Under the pieces are notes generated by a model. That model saw nothing but the letters and a program-made list of their open reading frames with translations. It was not told the DNA's origin and did not search any database. A stretch of 64,000 nt of DNA from the human T2T-CHM13v2.0 reference genome, Homo sapiens, in NCBI RefSeq assembly GCF_009914755.1, contig NC_060931.1. The stretch is one strand, 5' to 3'. A program made the position numbers and the translations under genes. Positions 1 to 22,619 of this stretch are shown one piece after another; positions within the stretch are counted from its first letter, which is position 1; each line of letters opens with the position of its first letter.

Positions 1-480
1 CTATACTATATATACTATATGTACTACATATATAGTAATAAACAGTATTTTCTTTTTAAAAAGTGGATAATCTAAACACACCAATTAAAAGACAGAAACT
101 GTCAAATCATATAAAAAAAGAAAACCAAGTATATGCTATCTATAAGACACACACTTTACTGATATAGCTAAAATAAGAGGATAGAAAAAGATTAATCACA
201 CAAATCCTAATAATGTGGCTGTATTAATATCAGATAAAGCAGACTTCAGAACAATGAAAATTACCAGGAACAAAGAGAAACATCGAATAATGATAAGAGG
301 GTTTATTCACATGAAAACATAGCAATCCCAAATGTATATGCAACTAATAACAGAGCTCCAAAACACATAAAGCAAAAACTGATAGAATTAAAGGAGACAC
401 AGACAAATTATAATTGGAAGTTTCAATGCTGTTCTTTGGTAGTAGGTATAGCAAGGGGCCAAAAAGAATCAGCAAGAATG

Positions 481-788
<308 letters not shown>

Positions 789-1609
789 TCAGCAGGAATG
801 CAAAAGACCCTAACCTGAACAACCCCTCAAACAACCAGACCTAACCAACATTTCCAGAACACAGCACCCAACAGCAGCACACAGTGTTTCTAAGGGCACG
901 TGTGATATTCACCAAGATAAAGCATATGATCAGCCATAAACCACACCTTAACAAAATAAAGATTCAAAACCATATAAGCTATGTTCCCTGACCATAATGA
1001 AATTAAACTAGAAATAAATAACAGAGAGATATCAAAAAAATCCCCAAATATTTGGAAATTAGACAACAAATTTCTAAATAAGATGAACCAAAGAGGAAAT
1101 CTCAAGGTAAAATGGAAAATATTTTGAGCTAAATAGAAAATGAAAATACAGCACATCAAAATCTGTGAAATATAGTTAGAACAGTGCTTTAGAGAAAAAT
1201 CTGTAGCATTATATATTTCTATCAGATAAAAAGCCTTAATCATCTAAAATTTCACCTTAAGAAATTTTATGAAGAACAGATAAAACCCAAAGACTGAAGA
1301 AGAAATGAAATAATAAAAATAAGAGGAGAAACAGATAAAATCTAAACAAAAATAGACAAAATCGATGAAATTAAAATCTAACTCTTTGAAAAGATCAGTA
1401 AAATTGATAAACTTCTAGCCAGACTGATCAAGCAAAAAAGAAAAGCCAGAAATTACCATCTCAGGAATGAAAACCATCTCAGAAAACCACCTCAGGAATG
1501 AAATAATACAAACACTACAGACATTAAAAGGATGAGGTAATATTACTCTATATTGATAAATGTAACAACTTAAATGAAACGGAACAATGCCTTGAAATAC
1601 ACAAACTAT

Positions 1610-1937
<328 letters not shown>

Positions 1938-2125
1938 TTAAATATCTGACAGTTTATAAAAAATTCTGAAACTCAGTAGTAAGAAAACAGACAACCTAAT
2001 AAGAAAAATGGACAAAATACATGAACAGACACTTCACCAAAGAAGATATTTGAGTGGAAAATAAGCGTATGAAAACATCCTCAACAACTTTAGTCATCAG
2101 GAAATGTAAAATAAAACCACTTTAG

Positions 2126-2453
2126 GGCCGGGCGCAGTGGCTCACGCCTGTAATCCCAGCACTTTGGGAGGCTGAGGCGGGTGGAGCATCTGAGGTCAGG
2201 AGTTCAAGACCAACCTGGCCAACATGGTGAAACCCCATCTCTACTAAAAATACAAAAACTAGCTAGGCATGGTGGCACATGCCTGTAATCCTAGCTATCC
2301 GGGAGGCTGAGGCAGGAAAATCGCTTGAAAATCACCTGAACGCGGGGAGCAGAGGCTGCAGTAAACCGAGATCACGCCATTGCCCTCCAGCCTGGGTGAC
2401 AGAGCAAGACTCTGTCTCAATTAAAAAAAAAAAAAAGAAAAAAGAAAAAAAAA
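2126..2453 (+). mobile_element. Alu (AluS)
   Basis: Full dimer with poly(A); small internal duplication near 2317-2340. Confidence 0.95.
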
Positions 2454-2798
2454 ACATTTTAGGTGCCACCATATACCTATTAGAATGGCTAAACGTTTTT
2501 TAAAACTGACAGTATCAAAGGCTGCCGATACTGAGGAACAAGAATCACGGCTGCTTGGAACACGAGATAGGACAGACATTCTGGAAAACAGTTTGGCAGT
2601 TTCTTATAAACATACACTTACCCTATGACCCAGGAATCTCACTACTAAATATTTACTCAAGTGAAATAAAAACCTACTTCCACATTAAAAACCTGTAAGA
2701 CGAATATTTATAGCAGCTTTATTTGTAGTTGGCAAAAACTGGAAAGGATCCAAGTGTTCCTAGACAGGGTACAGGACAGACAAGCTGCAATCCATCTA

Positions 2799-3485
<687 letters not shown>

Positions 3486-3533
3486 TCACATCTTGCTGGG
3501 GAAACTCCCACGCTGTGTTTTGCCATCAAATAA

Positions 3534-3840
<307 letters not shown>

Positions 3841-4619
3841 CAAATAAGGAATATTTTATCTGCTTAAGTCTCCACCACAGAAGAACTCACTCACGAAGGC
3901 CAGAGCACCAGAGGCCCAGCCCGGACGGCGCTCCAAGAGCTGGGCCATCCCTGCTGGCCTGTGTTTTATCCCAGGTGCTTTATGAAAGCCTCACAAACAT
4001 GCACCCTGCTTGGGATACAAGTGAAGAAAAATCCTCCATCAGGGGCTTCTGCCCTCCACTCAGCCCTGGCTGGCCTCGAGGGGGTGGCCCAGACCTCACC
4101 CTCTCCACCAGGGCTGCCGCCCTACCCAGAGGCACACTTCCCGGTTCTATTGTAAACATTCCACAGCACCTCACTGGTCCAGAACACGCAGCAGGAAATG
4201 AGACTCCATGGAATTTTAGGGCCCTGTTAGCTGGTTTATATTTGGGGATCTCAGCTCCATTTGAGAATCCATCGCAAGCTAAGAGGAATTCTTCCCAGTT
4301 AAACGCACCCACATGTAGAACACGCATGCAACTTCAAAGACTTCACTAAAGCTCCCCAATGCCTGTCCCTATCAGCTACTGCAGAAAACAAACAAAAATC
4401 ACCTGCAATCGTGCCCTGAGACGCCACTCTTTTCAACATTTTGGCGGACGCCCCTCAGATTTTTTTCTTTGCATATAACACATTATTGTCGGCAACCCTT
4501 TCGACAAAAATGGAATTGTACCATAGATCCTGTCTTGCAACCTGCTATTTTCACTCAGCAAAGGCTTGCTGTTGGAGGAAGGCCTGAGAAAAATTGCCCT
4601 GCCCACGCCCAAGAAGGCC

Positions 4620-5467
4620 GCTGGGATCCGTGAATCGTGTCCCCAGAAATAGACATTCTGGAGTCCTAACCTCAGAACCTCAGAACCTCAGAACCTCAGA
4701 AGTTGACCTTACTTGGAGGCAGGGTCTTGACGGAGGTGAGGAAGTTACAAGAGGTCATTGGGGTGGCCTTGGTCCAGGATGACTAGTGTCCCTATGAGAA
4801 GGGGAAATCTGGACACAGACACTGTCAGGGGGCAGAACACCATGTGAAGATGAAGGCAGGACCCGCGATGCGTCTACCAGCCTGGACCACCCACAATCGC
4901 CAGCACCACCCGGAGCTGGGGGAGACACAGAACCTTCTCCCACATGGACCCAGAAGGAGCCATCCCACCACACCTTGGTCTCAGACTTCCAGCCTGGACC
5001 ACCCAAGATGATCACCAGCACCACCTGGAGCCGGGAGAGACACAGAACCTTCTCCCACACGGACCCAGAAGGAGCCATCCCACCACACCTTGATCTCAGA
5101 CTTCCAGCCTGGACCACCCAAGATGATCACCAGCACCACCCAGAGCCAGGGGAGACACAGAACCTTATCCCACACGGACCCAGAATTAGCCATCCCAATA
5201 CACCTCAATCTCGGACTTCCAGCCCGGACCACCCAAAATCGCCAGAACCACCCAGAGCCGGGGGAGACATAGAACCTTCTCCCACACGGACCCAGAAGGA
5301 GCCATCCCAATACACCTCGATCTCGGACTTCCAGCCTGGACCACCTAAGATCTCCTTCTCCCACACAGACCCAGAAGGAGCCATCCCAATACACCTTGAT
5401 CTCAGACTTTCAGCCTCCAGAACTGTGGGAGGAGACATTTCTGTTTAAGATGCCCGGTGTGTGGTAC
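4620..5467 (+). mobile_element. MLT1-family (ERVL-MaLR) LTR containing an internal tandem expansion
   Basis: gaatcgtgtcccca...gtcctaacctcagaacctcagaa...gaccttacttgga; ccatgtgaagatgaaggcag; 3' end cagcctccagaactgtgggag...atttctgtttaag. Confidence 0.8.
4877..5420. repeat. Tandem repeat, 112-115 bp unit, about 4.6 copies
   Basis: Units start with ccagcctggacc at 4877, 4989, 5104, 5219 and 5331. Confidence 0.92.
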
Positions 5468-5600
5468 AGTCATCCCCTGGTATCCATGGGAGATGGTTCT
5501 AGAATCTCTAAGGATAACCAGAACCCATGGATGCTGAAGTCCCTGATATAAAATGGTGTCATATTTGCATGTAACCTACACACATCCTCCCATATACTTT
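5468..5600 (+). mobile_element. MER2 (TcMar-Tigger) fragment
   Basis: cagtcatcccctggtatccatggg...ggatgctgaagtccctgatataaaatggtgt...tttgcatgtaacctacacacatcctcc. Confidence 0.75.
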
Positions 5601-5608
5601 TTTAAAAA

Positions 5609-7053
<1,445 letters not shown>

Positions 7054-7744
7054 TACAACTACGTTTTTATAAAAACATTTGAGGGGGAATTCGGTGGAGA
7101 GGACTACAGAGCGTTTTTATCTCTTCTTTCCACTTCCGAACTTTTCAAATTTCCCTTAATAGGCATATGCATTACTTTAAAATGTTTTTGCATGGACTGC
7201 TTCCAAGGGAAGAGTTATATTCACTCCTTTGGGTTAGGACTATGTGATCACAGGAGGCCCCTGTCGAAAGCATAAACACCGCCGGATGGGGACCTGGTGG
7301 CTCACAGGCACTCAAAGGCAGATCTTAGCCTGAACTGGGCTTCCCAAGTTCCCATTTGGTCCCCAGGAGAGATGGGCACAGGAGATAGTTAAGTTGTGAT
7401 AAAAGGACCAAGAGGAGAAACATTAGGTGATACGCAGACAGCCTGGGGTGGGGCCCAGAACAAGGACAGGAGGAGCCCACGGCGAGGGGGAGGGGACACA
7501 GCAGGAGGTGTCACAGGGGCTCCTGTCCCGGCCTCCACTTCCCAGGCACGCACGTCTACGAAAAGAGCCCAGATGCAGGAGGCCAGGAAGGGGGTGAGAG
7601 GCATCATTCCCGGAGAGAAGACCATGAGCAGGCCTGAGCTTCTCCCCGACCACACGTGCCGAAGGGTACTTTCCTCTCCCACTGCTGCAAGATCAACGTG
7701 GAATTCGACCTCAAACCCCACATCACCTTAGCCATGGGAGCTAT

Positions 7745-8048
7745 TTTCTTTTTCCTTTTTTTTTTTTTTTTTTTTGAGACGGAGTCTCGCTCTGTCGCCC
7801 AGGCTGGAGTGCAGTGGTGCGATCTCAGCTCACTGCAGCCTCCACCTCCCGGTTCAAGCAATTCTCCTGCCTGAACCACCCCAGTAGCTGGGATTACAGG
7901 CGCCGCCACCACACCCAACTAATTTTTGTATTTTTAGTAGAGAGGGGGTTTCGCCATGTTGGCCAGGCTGGTCTCGAACTCCTGACCTCAAGTGATCTGC
8001 CCGCCTCGGCCTCCCAAAGTGCTGGGATGACAGGTGTGAGCTACCCCG
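7745..8048 (-). mobile_element. Alu (AluS)
   Basis: Antisense dimer; TSD gggagctatttt on both sides. Confidence 0.95.
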
Positions 8049-8140
8049 TGGGAGCTATTTTATCCCAAGTGGTGACAGGATCTGTAACTAGGCTGAAAAC
8101 TGTCGGTGAGCCCCACAAGCTAGCGAAACACCTGGACCTA

Positions 8141-8746
<606 letters not shown>

Positions 8747-9099
8747 TCACTGATTCTGCATTTGTCAAAGATCTTTCATTCTGTGGGGCCAGGTGAGGTG
8801 TTAAACGTGACGGCCCCCAGAGCCTTCCCTCCCCACAGACCCCCGGCAGGGGTGGAGGGGGCTCAGGCAGGGGGGGAGGGGGCTCAGGCAGACAGGGGTG
8901 CACGCGGCTGAGAAGCCCCTTCTGCAGTTCTGAGGATTCCGGGTGGGAAGAGTGGGGGGGCCCGGCGCCCTGAGGGTCCAGCCGGGGGGTTCCAGGGCCT
9001 CGTCCTCCTCCATCCCCCCTTTTTGGGGGCACTTATGTGAAATGTGAATGCTGGGGGCCCCTGCGCGCGGCCTCAGGGGAGGGGGAGATGAGGGTGAGA

Positions 9100-10100
9100 C
9101 TGTGGATGGGCTGGGGCGGCCTCTGCACAGGAAAAGACAGAAACGCAGGTAAACAAGGGAAGCTGGCGGTGGTGGGGGGGTGGGGTGCGGGAGAACAAAT
9201 GCGGCGGCCGCGCAGCGAAGTCACCATGGCCAGGCCAGGCCGGCACCGCACCGCGGGGCGCAGGACCCCAGCCCCCCGCCACGCCGCCCCCGGAGTGCCC
9301 AGACCGCCGGGAAGGCGCCCACCCAGAGACCCCGCGCCCCCCGCCCCAAACCCGGCCTCAGCGCCGGCGAGGACCCTCCCGGGACCCCTGACCGGGAGCC
9401 CCAGGCCCGGCCCCGCCCCGCGCGCCCCACTCCCGGCGGGGCCGAACCCTTCCAAATGTCCGCATCCCCGGGGGGCCTCCCAGGCCCGGGGGTCCCGGCG
9501 CAGACCCCAGCCCGGCCCCGCGTACCTGGATGCGCGGCGCCCGAGGCCAGGAGGCGGCTGCGCGGGGACGCGGGGCGCGGGGACGGCTGGCGAGCGAGCG
9601 AGCGGGTCCCCGCACTGCAGCGGCGCCGCCCTCCACGCCCGCCCCCGCGCCGCGCGCAGCTGCTGCACCCCCAACGCCGCCCGCGCGGGCCTGCAGCCCG
9701 TCTCCCCCCGACCGCCTCCCCGCGGGGCCCCCAACCCCGGCCCCCACCCCCGGCTCTCCCCGCCCCCGCCCCATCCCCCACCGGCGCAGGTTCAGGCCAT
9801 CGCTGCCAGGACCCCCCGCTCTCGCCGCCCCCCGCCCCCTCCACTCAGACTCTGAGTCGCCCACTCCAGCCGGTGCAGGCCGCGGGGCCGCCTCTGATGG
9901 CCTGGGCACCCCCCACTCCCGCCCCGTTCACGACCACCGCGGCTGCCTGAGCTGCTCACACCTAGGGGATCACATCCCTGCCTCTGCAGGACACCCGGTA
10001 CCCAGCAAGCACGCCCGTTCCCTGGGGTCTCACTCTGCCTTAGCGGCCAGAGAGGGTGGCCAGGTGGGCCCAGCCCCGCTTCCCCAGGTGACTCCCAGCG
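9100..10100. promoter_or_regulatory. PRKAR1B: CpG island / PRKAR1B proximal promoter
   Basis: Very high GC and CpG density with several GC boxes (GCCCCGCCC), about 0.5-1.5 kb upstream of the first coding exon on the minus strand. Confidence 0.9.
9526..9680 (-). other. PRKAR1B: Probable non-coding first exon of a PRKAR1B isoform (5' end approximate)
   Basis: Minus-strand donor CAG|GTACGC at 9525 inside the CpG island, upstream of the 8639 acceptor. The TSS cannot be read from sequence. Confidence 0.6.
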
Positions 10101-10404
10101 CTTAGGCGCACCAGCTTCACCCCGATGCCCAGTGGGAAATCGGAACCCTCCTAAATTCTTTCCCACCTTTCTTGGGGATCCAGAGGTCACGGAGGCCTAG
10201 GAGGAGCCTCTTGGTGACGGTCCTAACCCACAAGCCCAGCCCTGCAGGAAAGGGAATCAACCTCATCCTCCTACCGCACACCGTTGCCCCATCCTGCCAG
10301 GGTGGCGGCGGCAGAAACTCCATCTTCCCTCCCCAGAGGCTCCAAATGCCAGGAGAGGGGTAGGCAGTTCCAGCTGTGAAGGAGATGATACCTGCCTCCC
10401 TGTG

Positions 10405-10850
10405 CACACTCACCTGTCTACCCCCGGGGTCCTCCACCCACCTGCCCAGCCCCCGGATCCTCCACCCGCCTGTCCAGCCCCCGGGTCCTGCACTCACCTG
10501 CCCGGCTTCCCTGTTGCCTACTCACCTGTCTCCCACTATGCTGCCCCATCTTCACCTGTCTCCCACTCACCCGTACACACCATCTCCCACTCACCCGTCT
10601 CTTGCTCACCTTTTCCACACTCACCTGTACACAGACACCATCTCCCACTCAGCCCTCCCATGCTCACCTGGTCCACACTCACGTATACACACTCACCGTC
10701 TCCCAGTCAGCCCTCCCATGCTCACCTGGTCCACACTCACCTGTACACACTCACCGTCTCTCACTCAGCCCTCCCATGCTCACCTGGTCCACACTCACCT
10801 GTCCAGCTTTCTTGTTCATTGCTCAGCTGTCTCCCACTCACCTGCCTGCA
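10405..10850. repeat. C-rich degenerate repeat built on CTCACCTG, with a 58-bp unit x3 (10648, 10706, 10764)
   Basis: Repeated ctcagccctcccatgctcacctggtccacactcac motif. Confidence 0.85.
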
Positions 10851-11897
10851 CAGGCACTACACAGGTCACCAGCCCTGCCGAGCACATTCCCCAGCAGGGC
10901 TGACATTGCCTCAGCCTCTTCCTGCCAGGGTGAACGTAAACCAAGCAGGCCACCCTCGGGGGTCAAACACGAAGGTCCTTGGTCCTCAGCCCTCACCCTC
11001 AGCACCCACTGGCCCCAGCCCCGTCTCAGGCAGACCTGCATTTGTCCTGAGACTTTCTTAGGGATCCAGGCCTGGTCTCTGAATTAGAACTCCATCCCAC
11101 AACCCACTCAGACCTCTGGCTCTCCCAGCCCTGGCCTGCCTGGAGCTGCTGCTGACCAGCAGTACCATCACGTGCTCCCCGCGGCCCCTCCACTCCCTCC
11201 TCCTCCTCCTCCAATTACTCCTGCTCCTCCAGGGTAGACTGGTGAGGACAGCAAAAAAGACCCAGGTGCCACCTAACCAAGGCGACGTCTCGCTTCGGGG
11301 GGCAGATGCTCCAGGCCTGGCTGCTTCTCTCCCGGGCTGTCCTGGGGTTCTCTGGAGACTCCCTGTAAAGACTTCCCCCACACCGTGCCTCTAGAGGAGA
11401 GTGGAGGCACCTCTCTGGCTGACCTCACAGGACAGCCCTCTGATCCCGAGGCGCACACACAAGCCCTCCTTCTGCTGCAATACCTCCTCAGGCTGAGCCT
11501 CCTTGCCTGCGTCCTTTTGAGACAAGGATCTCCCAGGTTTGGGGGCTGGCAGCATGCACGTGGCCAGCCAGACATGCGGCCCCTGGCCCCACTGAGCTGT
11601 GACGTCTGCTGAGCTCCTCTCCTCATTGCCACGACGGCAGCTCCCACTGCCTCTCTCTTTCACACTTTTCCCCGCCACTCAGATCCCTGTTCCAGTGGCC
11701 CCCACCCCACACAAGGACTCCCTCTCCAGACTGGCTCTGGTAGGAGTGCGAGGCGTGGCCCCCACCGCCCCAACCTGCAGACAAGTTTCTGCCTGACTCC
11801 CAGGCCTCTCTTGCTTCAGCCTTACTGGCTTGAGCCAAGGACAGACGCTTCCTTAGTGTCCTGCTCACTGTCTGATCATTGCCAGAGGATGAAATCA

Positions 11898-12312
<415 letters not shown>

Positions 12313-12750
12313 TACCTCGTACTACTGCCTGAGCCCGTTGGCTTTTTGCTTTTTGTTAGTCGCCACTGAGGACATCCAAGTGAATACACCACTGATCTGA
12401 CACAATCCCCCCAAAACACACACTGACAACCCCATTAAATGCTCCTGGATGAAGACACAAAGAGGGGTCTGGTGAGCTCAGAGGAGCTGCGCTTGGTCAT
12501 CGGACCACGTGGACCTCAACAGGTCGGTCGCCACCCTGCCACACGGTGACAAACCCTGACGTGTGACACTGTGCCCAAGCAGCTATGCCCTCAACTGAAA
12601 ATGTGCTGCTGGTGACTGGGTTACCCATTCAGAAGTCCCAGTAAATCACATATCTTCCCATAGGGAAGGACCTACCCCCTGGGGTAGGTTATTTTTCTCA
12701 GCAAAGGTATTCACATTTCTAAGCCCTGTGGGGTCTTACTTCACCCATAG

Positions 12751-13655
<905 letters not shown>

Positions 13656-14120
13656 TGAATAATGACGGCAAGGCTGCCAGCTTAATTGCTGTCTCCCCTG
13701 CTAGGTCAAAAGCACCAAGTATGCATGGATGGTGTTTGTCTTATTCTTTATTCACTCTGCATGGCGAAGAGACCAACACAGCTATTTTCTGGGGTGCAGA
13801 AAGGAAACAAAGATGCTTTGTTAAGCTGCTCTGGCCACTGGGGAGGCTGCAGCATGTCGTGGTTTGAGGTGGGATCTGTAGGTGGGCTTCCTGGGTGCGG
13901 TTCCTGAGCCTTCCCCAGCCAGCTGCATTCACTGCGCAACGTCCGTATGCTCCCTGAGCTGAGGATAGAGGAGAAACTGCATGTGATTGTGGCTGATGGG
14001 AGAGGCCACTCATCCTCAAATCTAGGTGGATATACGAGGAATGAGGACTGAGAGGCTGAGCATGGAGCACGCAGCACATAGTAGGAGCCCAAGAACCGTG
14101 AACAGTAATAATTATTCTCC

Positions 14121-14773
14121 AGCCGGGCGCAGTGCCTCCCACCTGTAATCCCAGCACTTTGGGAGGCCAAGGCAGGCAGATCACCTGAGGCCAGGAGTTC
14201 GAGACCAGCCTGGGCAACATGGTGAAACCCCATCTCTACAAAAAATACAAAAATTAGCCAGGTGTGGTGCCGTGCCTGTAGTCCCAGCTACTTGGGAGGC
14301 TGAGGCAGGAAGATCACTTGAACCCAAGAGGCAGAGGTCATAGTGAGCTGAGAGCATGCCACTCCGTTCCAGCCTGGGCAACAGGAGTGAAACCCAGTCT
14401 CAAAAAAAGAAAGAAAGAAAGAGAGAGAGACAGAAGGAAAGAAAGAAAGGAAAAAGAAAAGAAAAGAGAAAAGAAAATAACAATGTGGCCAGGCATCGTG
14501 GCTCATGCCTGCAATCCCAGAACTTTGCGGGGCCAAAAGAGGAGGATCACTTGAGTCCAGGAGTTCAAGACCCATCTGGGCAACAGAGCAAGACCCTGTC
14601 TCTACAAAAAAATACAAAAATTAGCCAGGCATGGTGGTGCACACCTGTAGTCCCAGCTATTCAGGAGGCTAAGGTGGCAGGATCACCTGAACACAAGAGT
14701 TCGAGGCTGCAGTGAGCTATGATTGCGCCACTGCACTCCAGCCTGGGCAACAGAGTGAGACCTTGCCTCAAAA
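14121..14773 (+). mobile_element. Two sense Alus separated by a (GAAA)n tail
   Basis: About 14121-14408 and 14487-14773. Confidence 0.92.
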
Positions 14774-14899
14774 CCACACACCCACACACACAATGTTCTC
14801 TAATATTCAAGTTTTGCATTGTTCACTATGTAGGTAAGGGATGCAAAATTTCACGGGAAATTTTGCCACAAACCTCAATAGTCTTCTCTACACATGGCT

Positions 14900-16690
<1,791 letters not shown>

Positions 16691-17069
16691 CCTGTTTCAT
16701 TTGTTGTAACGTGTTGGCCCTCCTGTCCTACTGCCCTGCTTCTGTCATCCAGTTTATAGCTATTCCGTCTGGCAGTGTGTCTGGGGAAAGAAGAGAGGTC
16801 ATGACCCCTCTGGGTATTCATGCAGTTGCCACCACAATCCAGGTACTATACTGTACCAGCTCCACAAGGCTCCCTCCTAGTGACCCTTAATAATCACGCC
16901 ACCCCATCCCTAGCCCCAGGAGATCAGTCATCTGTTCCCCATCTCTGTTACTTTATGGATGTCATACAAACAAAACCACAAAATATCCCTTTGGGATTGG
17001 TTTTCATCTGCATAATCTTTTAGAGGTTCGTCCAAGTTGCGTGCAGCAATTCTTTCTGAGTAGAATAAC

Positions 17070-19781
<2,712 letters not shown>

Positions 19782-20939
19782 CTGGTTCTTATGACTCTGC
19801 TTTAAAATTCTTGGCAGATGATTCCAACATGTGACCTATCTTGGAATTTACATCCGTTACCTTACCATGTTCAGGTTGTGGCTTTCCTTGTTCTTGGTAT
19901 GACAAGTGATCTCCAGATGTATCCTGGACATTTGGGTTACGATGTTTGCAGACTCCTTGTCCTACTCTATTCCACCAGGCAGTTGCTCTGTTCAGGTCCA
20001 GGGTGTAGATTGCAGCCTGTTTTTGTGGTCTGTCATTCCAACAGCAGTTTCGTCTTCAGAGCCCTGGCACTGCCCTCCTCGTCTGCTTTATTCTTCTGGC
20101 TCTCCTGGGACTGCTGCTCATTTCCCATGGGTGCTGCCTGCAGGGGTGAAAGGTACCTCCCTGGGCCGCCTGGTGTCACTGGGCTACCTTTTGCTGTGTC
20201 AGGACAGAACATGCTCGTTCTGGGTCTCTTTGTGCTAAGAGAGGAAGGGCAGATTTCAGGCTCCTCTGACACTACCTGTGCAGTGCAGACTGTCCACTCG
20301 AACCCCAGTTGCACAGCACAGGTTAATGCACCTGCAGCAGCTTTAAAATCGGCCCTGAAAGCAGACTGTGGGGTGAAGGTGGCAGCTACCCTCTAGGTCT
20401 CTGTTGGGCGTCCCCTTTCCCAGGGCTTTGGCCAGAGAGAGGAGGCTTTCCTTGGAGAATTTCTGTCTGTGCCTGTTGGCTGTTCTGGGCCACAGGCTTC
20501 CCTGGGGACTAGTGCAGGAACACATGAGAGAAAAAGAAAACCCAGGGGACCCACCACCTTGCTATTCCTCCAGTCCAGAGGTCTCCAGCCCGTCTGTCAA
20601 CTCTCAAGCTCCTTTCCTCGTCGCCTGCTATGTGCAGGGTATTTTGTTGTATTTCAATGGGAGGAGCAAGGAAAAGTGAAGTCCCACCACCGTAATTCAA
20701 GCGCTTATTCTTTCTCGTCTTCAGCACTCACTGCCACAGCCTTCCCAGGGCTCCCGACCAATCCGTTCAACGGAAGCCAAAGGGGTCCTTGAAAAATGCA
20801 GACTCGATCTTGCCAATGCTCCCACCTTGAAATCCTCAGTCTGCCATGTTTTAGGACAGAGGCCCCCATGGCCTGGCCCCACCCATCTGCTCACTCCCTG
20901 CCTGCTCCCCTGTGACCAGGGTCAGCCTCCCTCCCTGTT

Positions 20940-21265
20940 TGCTACCTGAGGCTGCCGTAACAAAGCACACCAGGCTGGGCAGCTGAATGAAACAAATTTG
21001 ATTTCTCAAGATCAGGGTACGGGCTGGCTCCTCTTGAGGTCTCTCTTCATGCTCATACTGCATTCTCCCTGTATGCACGTCTATCTCCAAAATTTCTCCT
21101 TTTATGAGGACAGCAGTCATATTGGATGAGTGCCCAACCTCATGACCTCATCTCACCTCAATCACGTCTGCAAAGACCTTGTCTCCAAACAGGATCACTT
21201 CCTGAACTATGGGGGTTAGGACTTCAGCATATGAATTTTGGGGAGACGCCATTCAGCCCGTAACA
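20940..21265 (-). mobile_element. MLT1-family LTR (antisense)
   Basis: gctgccgtaacaaagcac...ttatgaggacagcagtcatattggat...ggggttaggacttcagcatatgaattttggggagac...attcagcccgtaaca. Confidence 0.8.
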
Positions 21266-21347
21266 CTCCCATGAGGCCTTTGCTCATGCTATTTCCTCTC
21301 TCTCCAACACTCCCCGTCTCCCACCTCCGCCCTTTCACCTGGCTATG

Positions 21348-21722
21348 TGACATGGTTTGGCTGTGTCCCCACCCAAATCTCATCTTGAATTGTAGCTCCC
21401 ACAATTCCCACGTGTTGTGGGAAGGACCCAGTGGGAGGTAACTGAATAATGGGGGCAGGTCTTTCCTGTGCTGTTCCTATGATGGTGAATAAGTCTCACG
21501 AGATCTGACGGTTTTATAAGGGGGAGTTTCCCTGCACAGGCTCTCTCATTTTCTCTTTGCCTGCTGCCATCATGTAAGATGTGACTTGCTCCTTCCCGCC
21601 TTCGGCCATCATTGTGAGGCCTCCCCAGCCATGTGGAACTGTGAGTCCAGTAAACCTTTCCCTGTATAAGTTACCCAGTCTCGGCCATGTCTTTATTAGC
21701 AGCGTGAAAATGGACTAATACA
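21348..21722 (+). mobile_element. THE1 solo LTR (ERVL-MaLR)
   Basis: TG...CA termini (tgacatggtttggctgtgtccccacccaaatctc ... aatggactaataca), 5-bp TSD ctatg/ctgtg. Confidence 0.92.
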
Positions 21723-22044
21723 CTGTGTTTACTTATTCTTCATATTTCACCTCTGCTACCATTTGTTCAGGGAAGCCTTAAAAGTCTAGTTCAACATCCC
21801 TTGACACTCATTCTCTCAGGACCACCACGGTTAAACACATACTAATTTATCCTTCCATTAAGGGCTATCTCATCCTGCAAGACCCTAAGATCTGGGAGAG
21901 CAGGGACCATGGCCAGTTTCTACATCATTGTCATCCTGTCCCACATGTTGCAGACAGTGCCTGGTCAAACAAATGCCTGTTGGAGGAAACAATGAATGAA
22001 GGTTACTGAATATGCTACATAACAACTTTTCAGAAGTACTGATG

Positions 22045-22417
<373 letters not shown>

Positions 22418-22619
22418 CTAAAATTACACACATTCTGCCTTTAGAAAACTCAGTGCATGGTCACAGATGAGAAGTGCCTGGCTAACCAGACTTGGGGACT
22501 CCTGGTTTGCAGTGAGTGCTGTCAAACTCGCGTTCTAGGCTGGGCTCACAGCAACTCCGACTCCAAGCTGTTTAGGCGCCTCTGTCTCCACTCAAGTCCA
22601 CAGTCAAGGTCACTACTGT

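Noticed and set aside
9033-10190. Overlapping 180-270 aa Pro/Arg/Gly/Ala ORFs in all frames (also 23496-24914 outside the DNAAF5 frame)
   Set aside because: Expected from stop-codon depletion in CpG islands; no recognisable domain.
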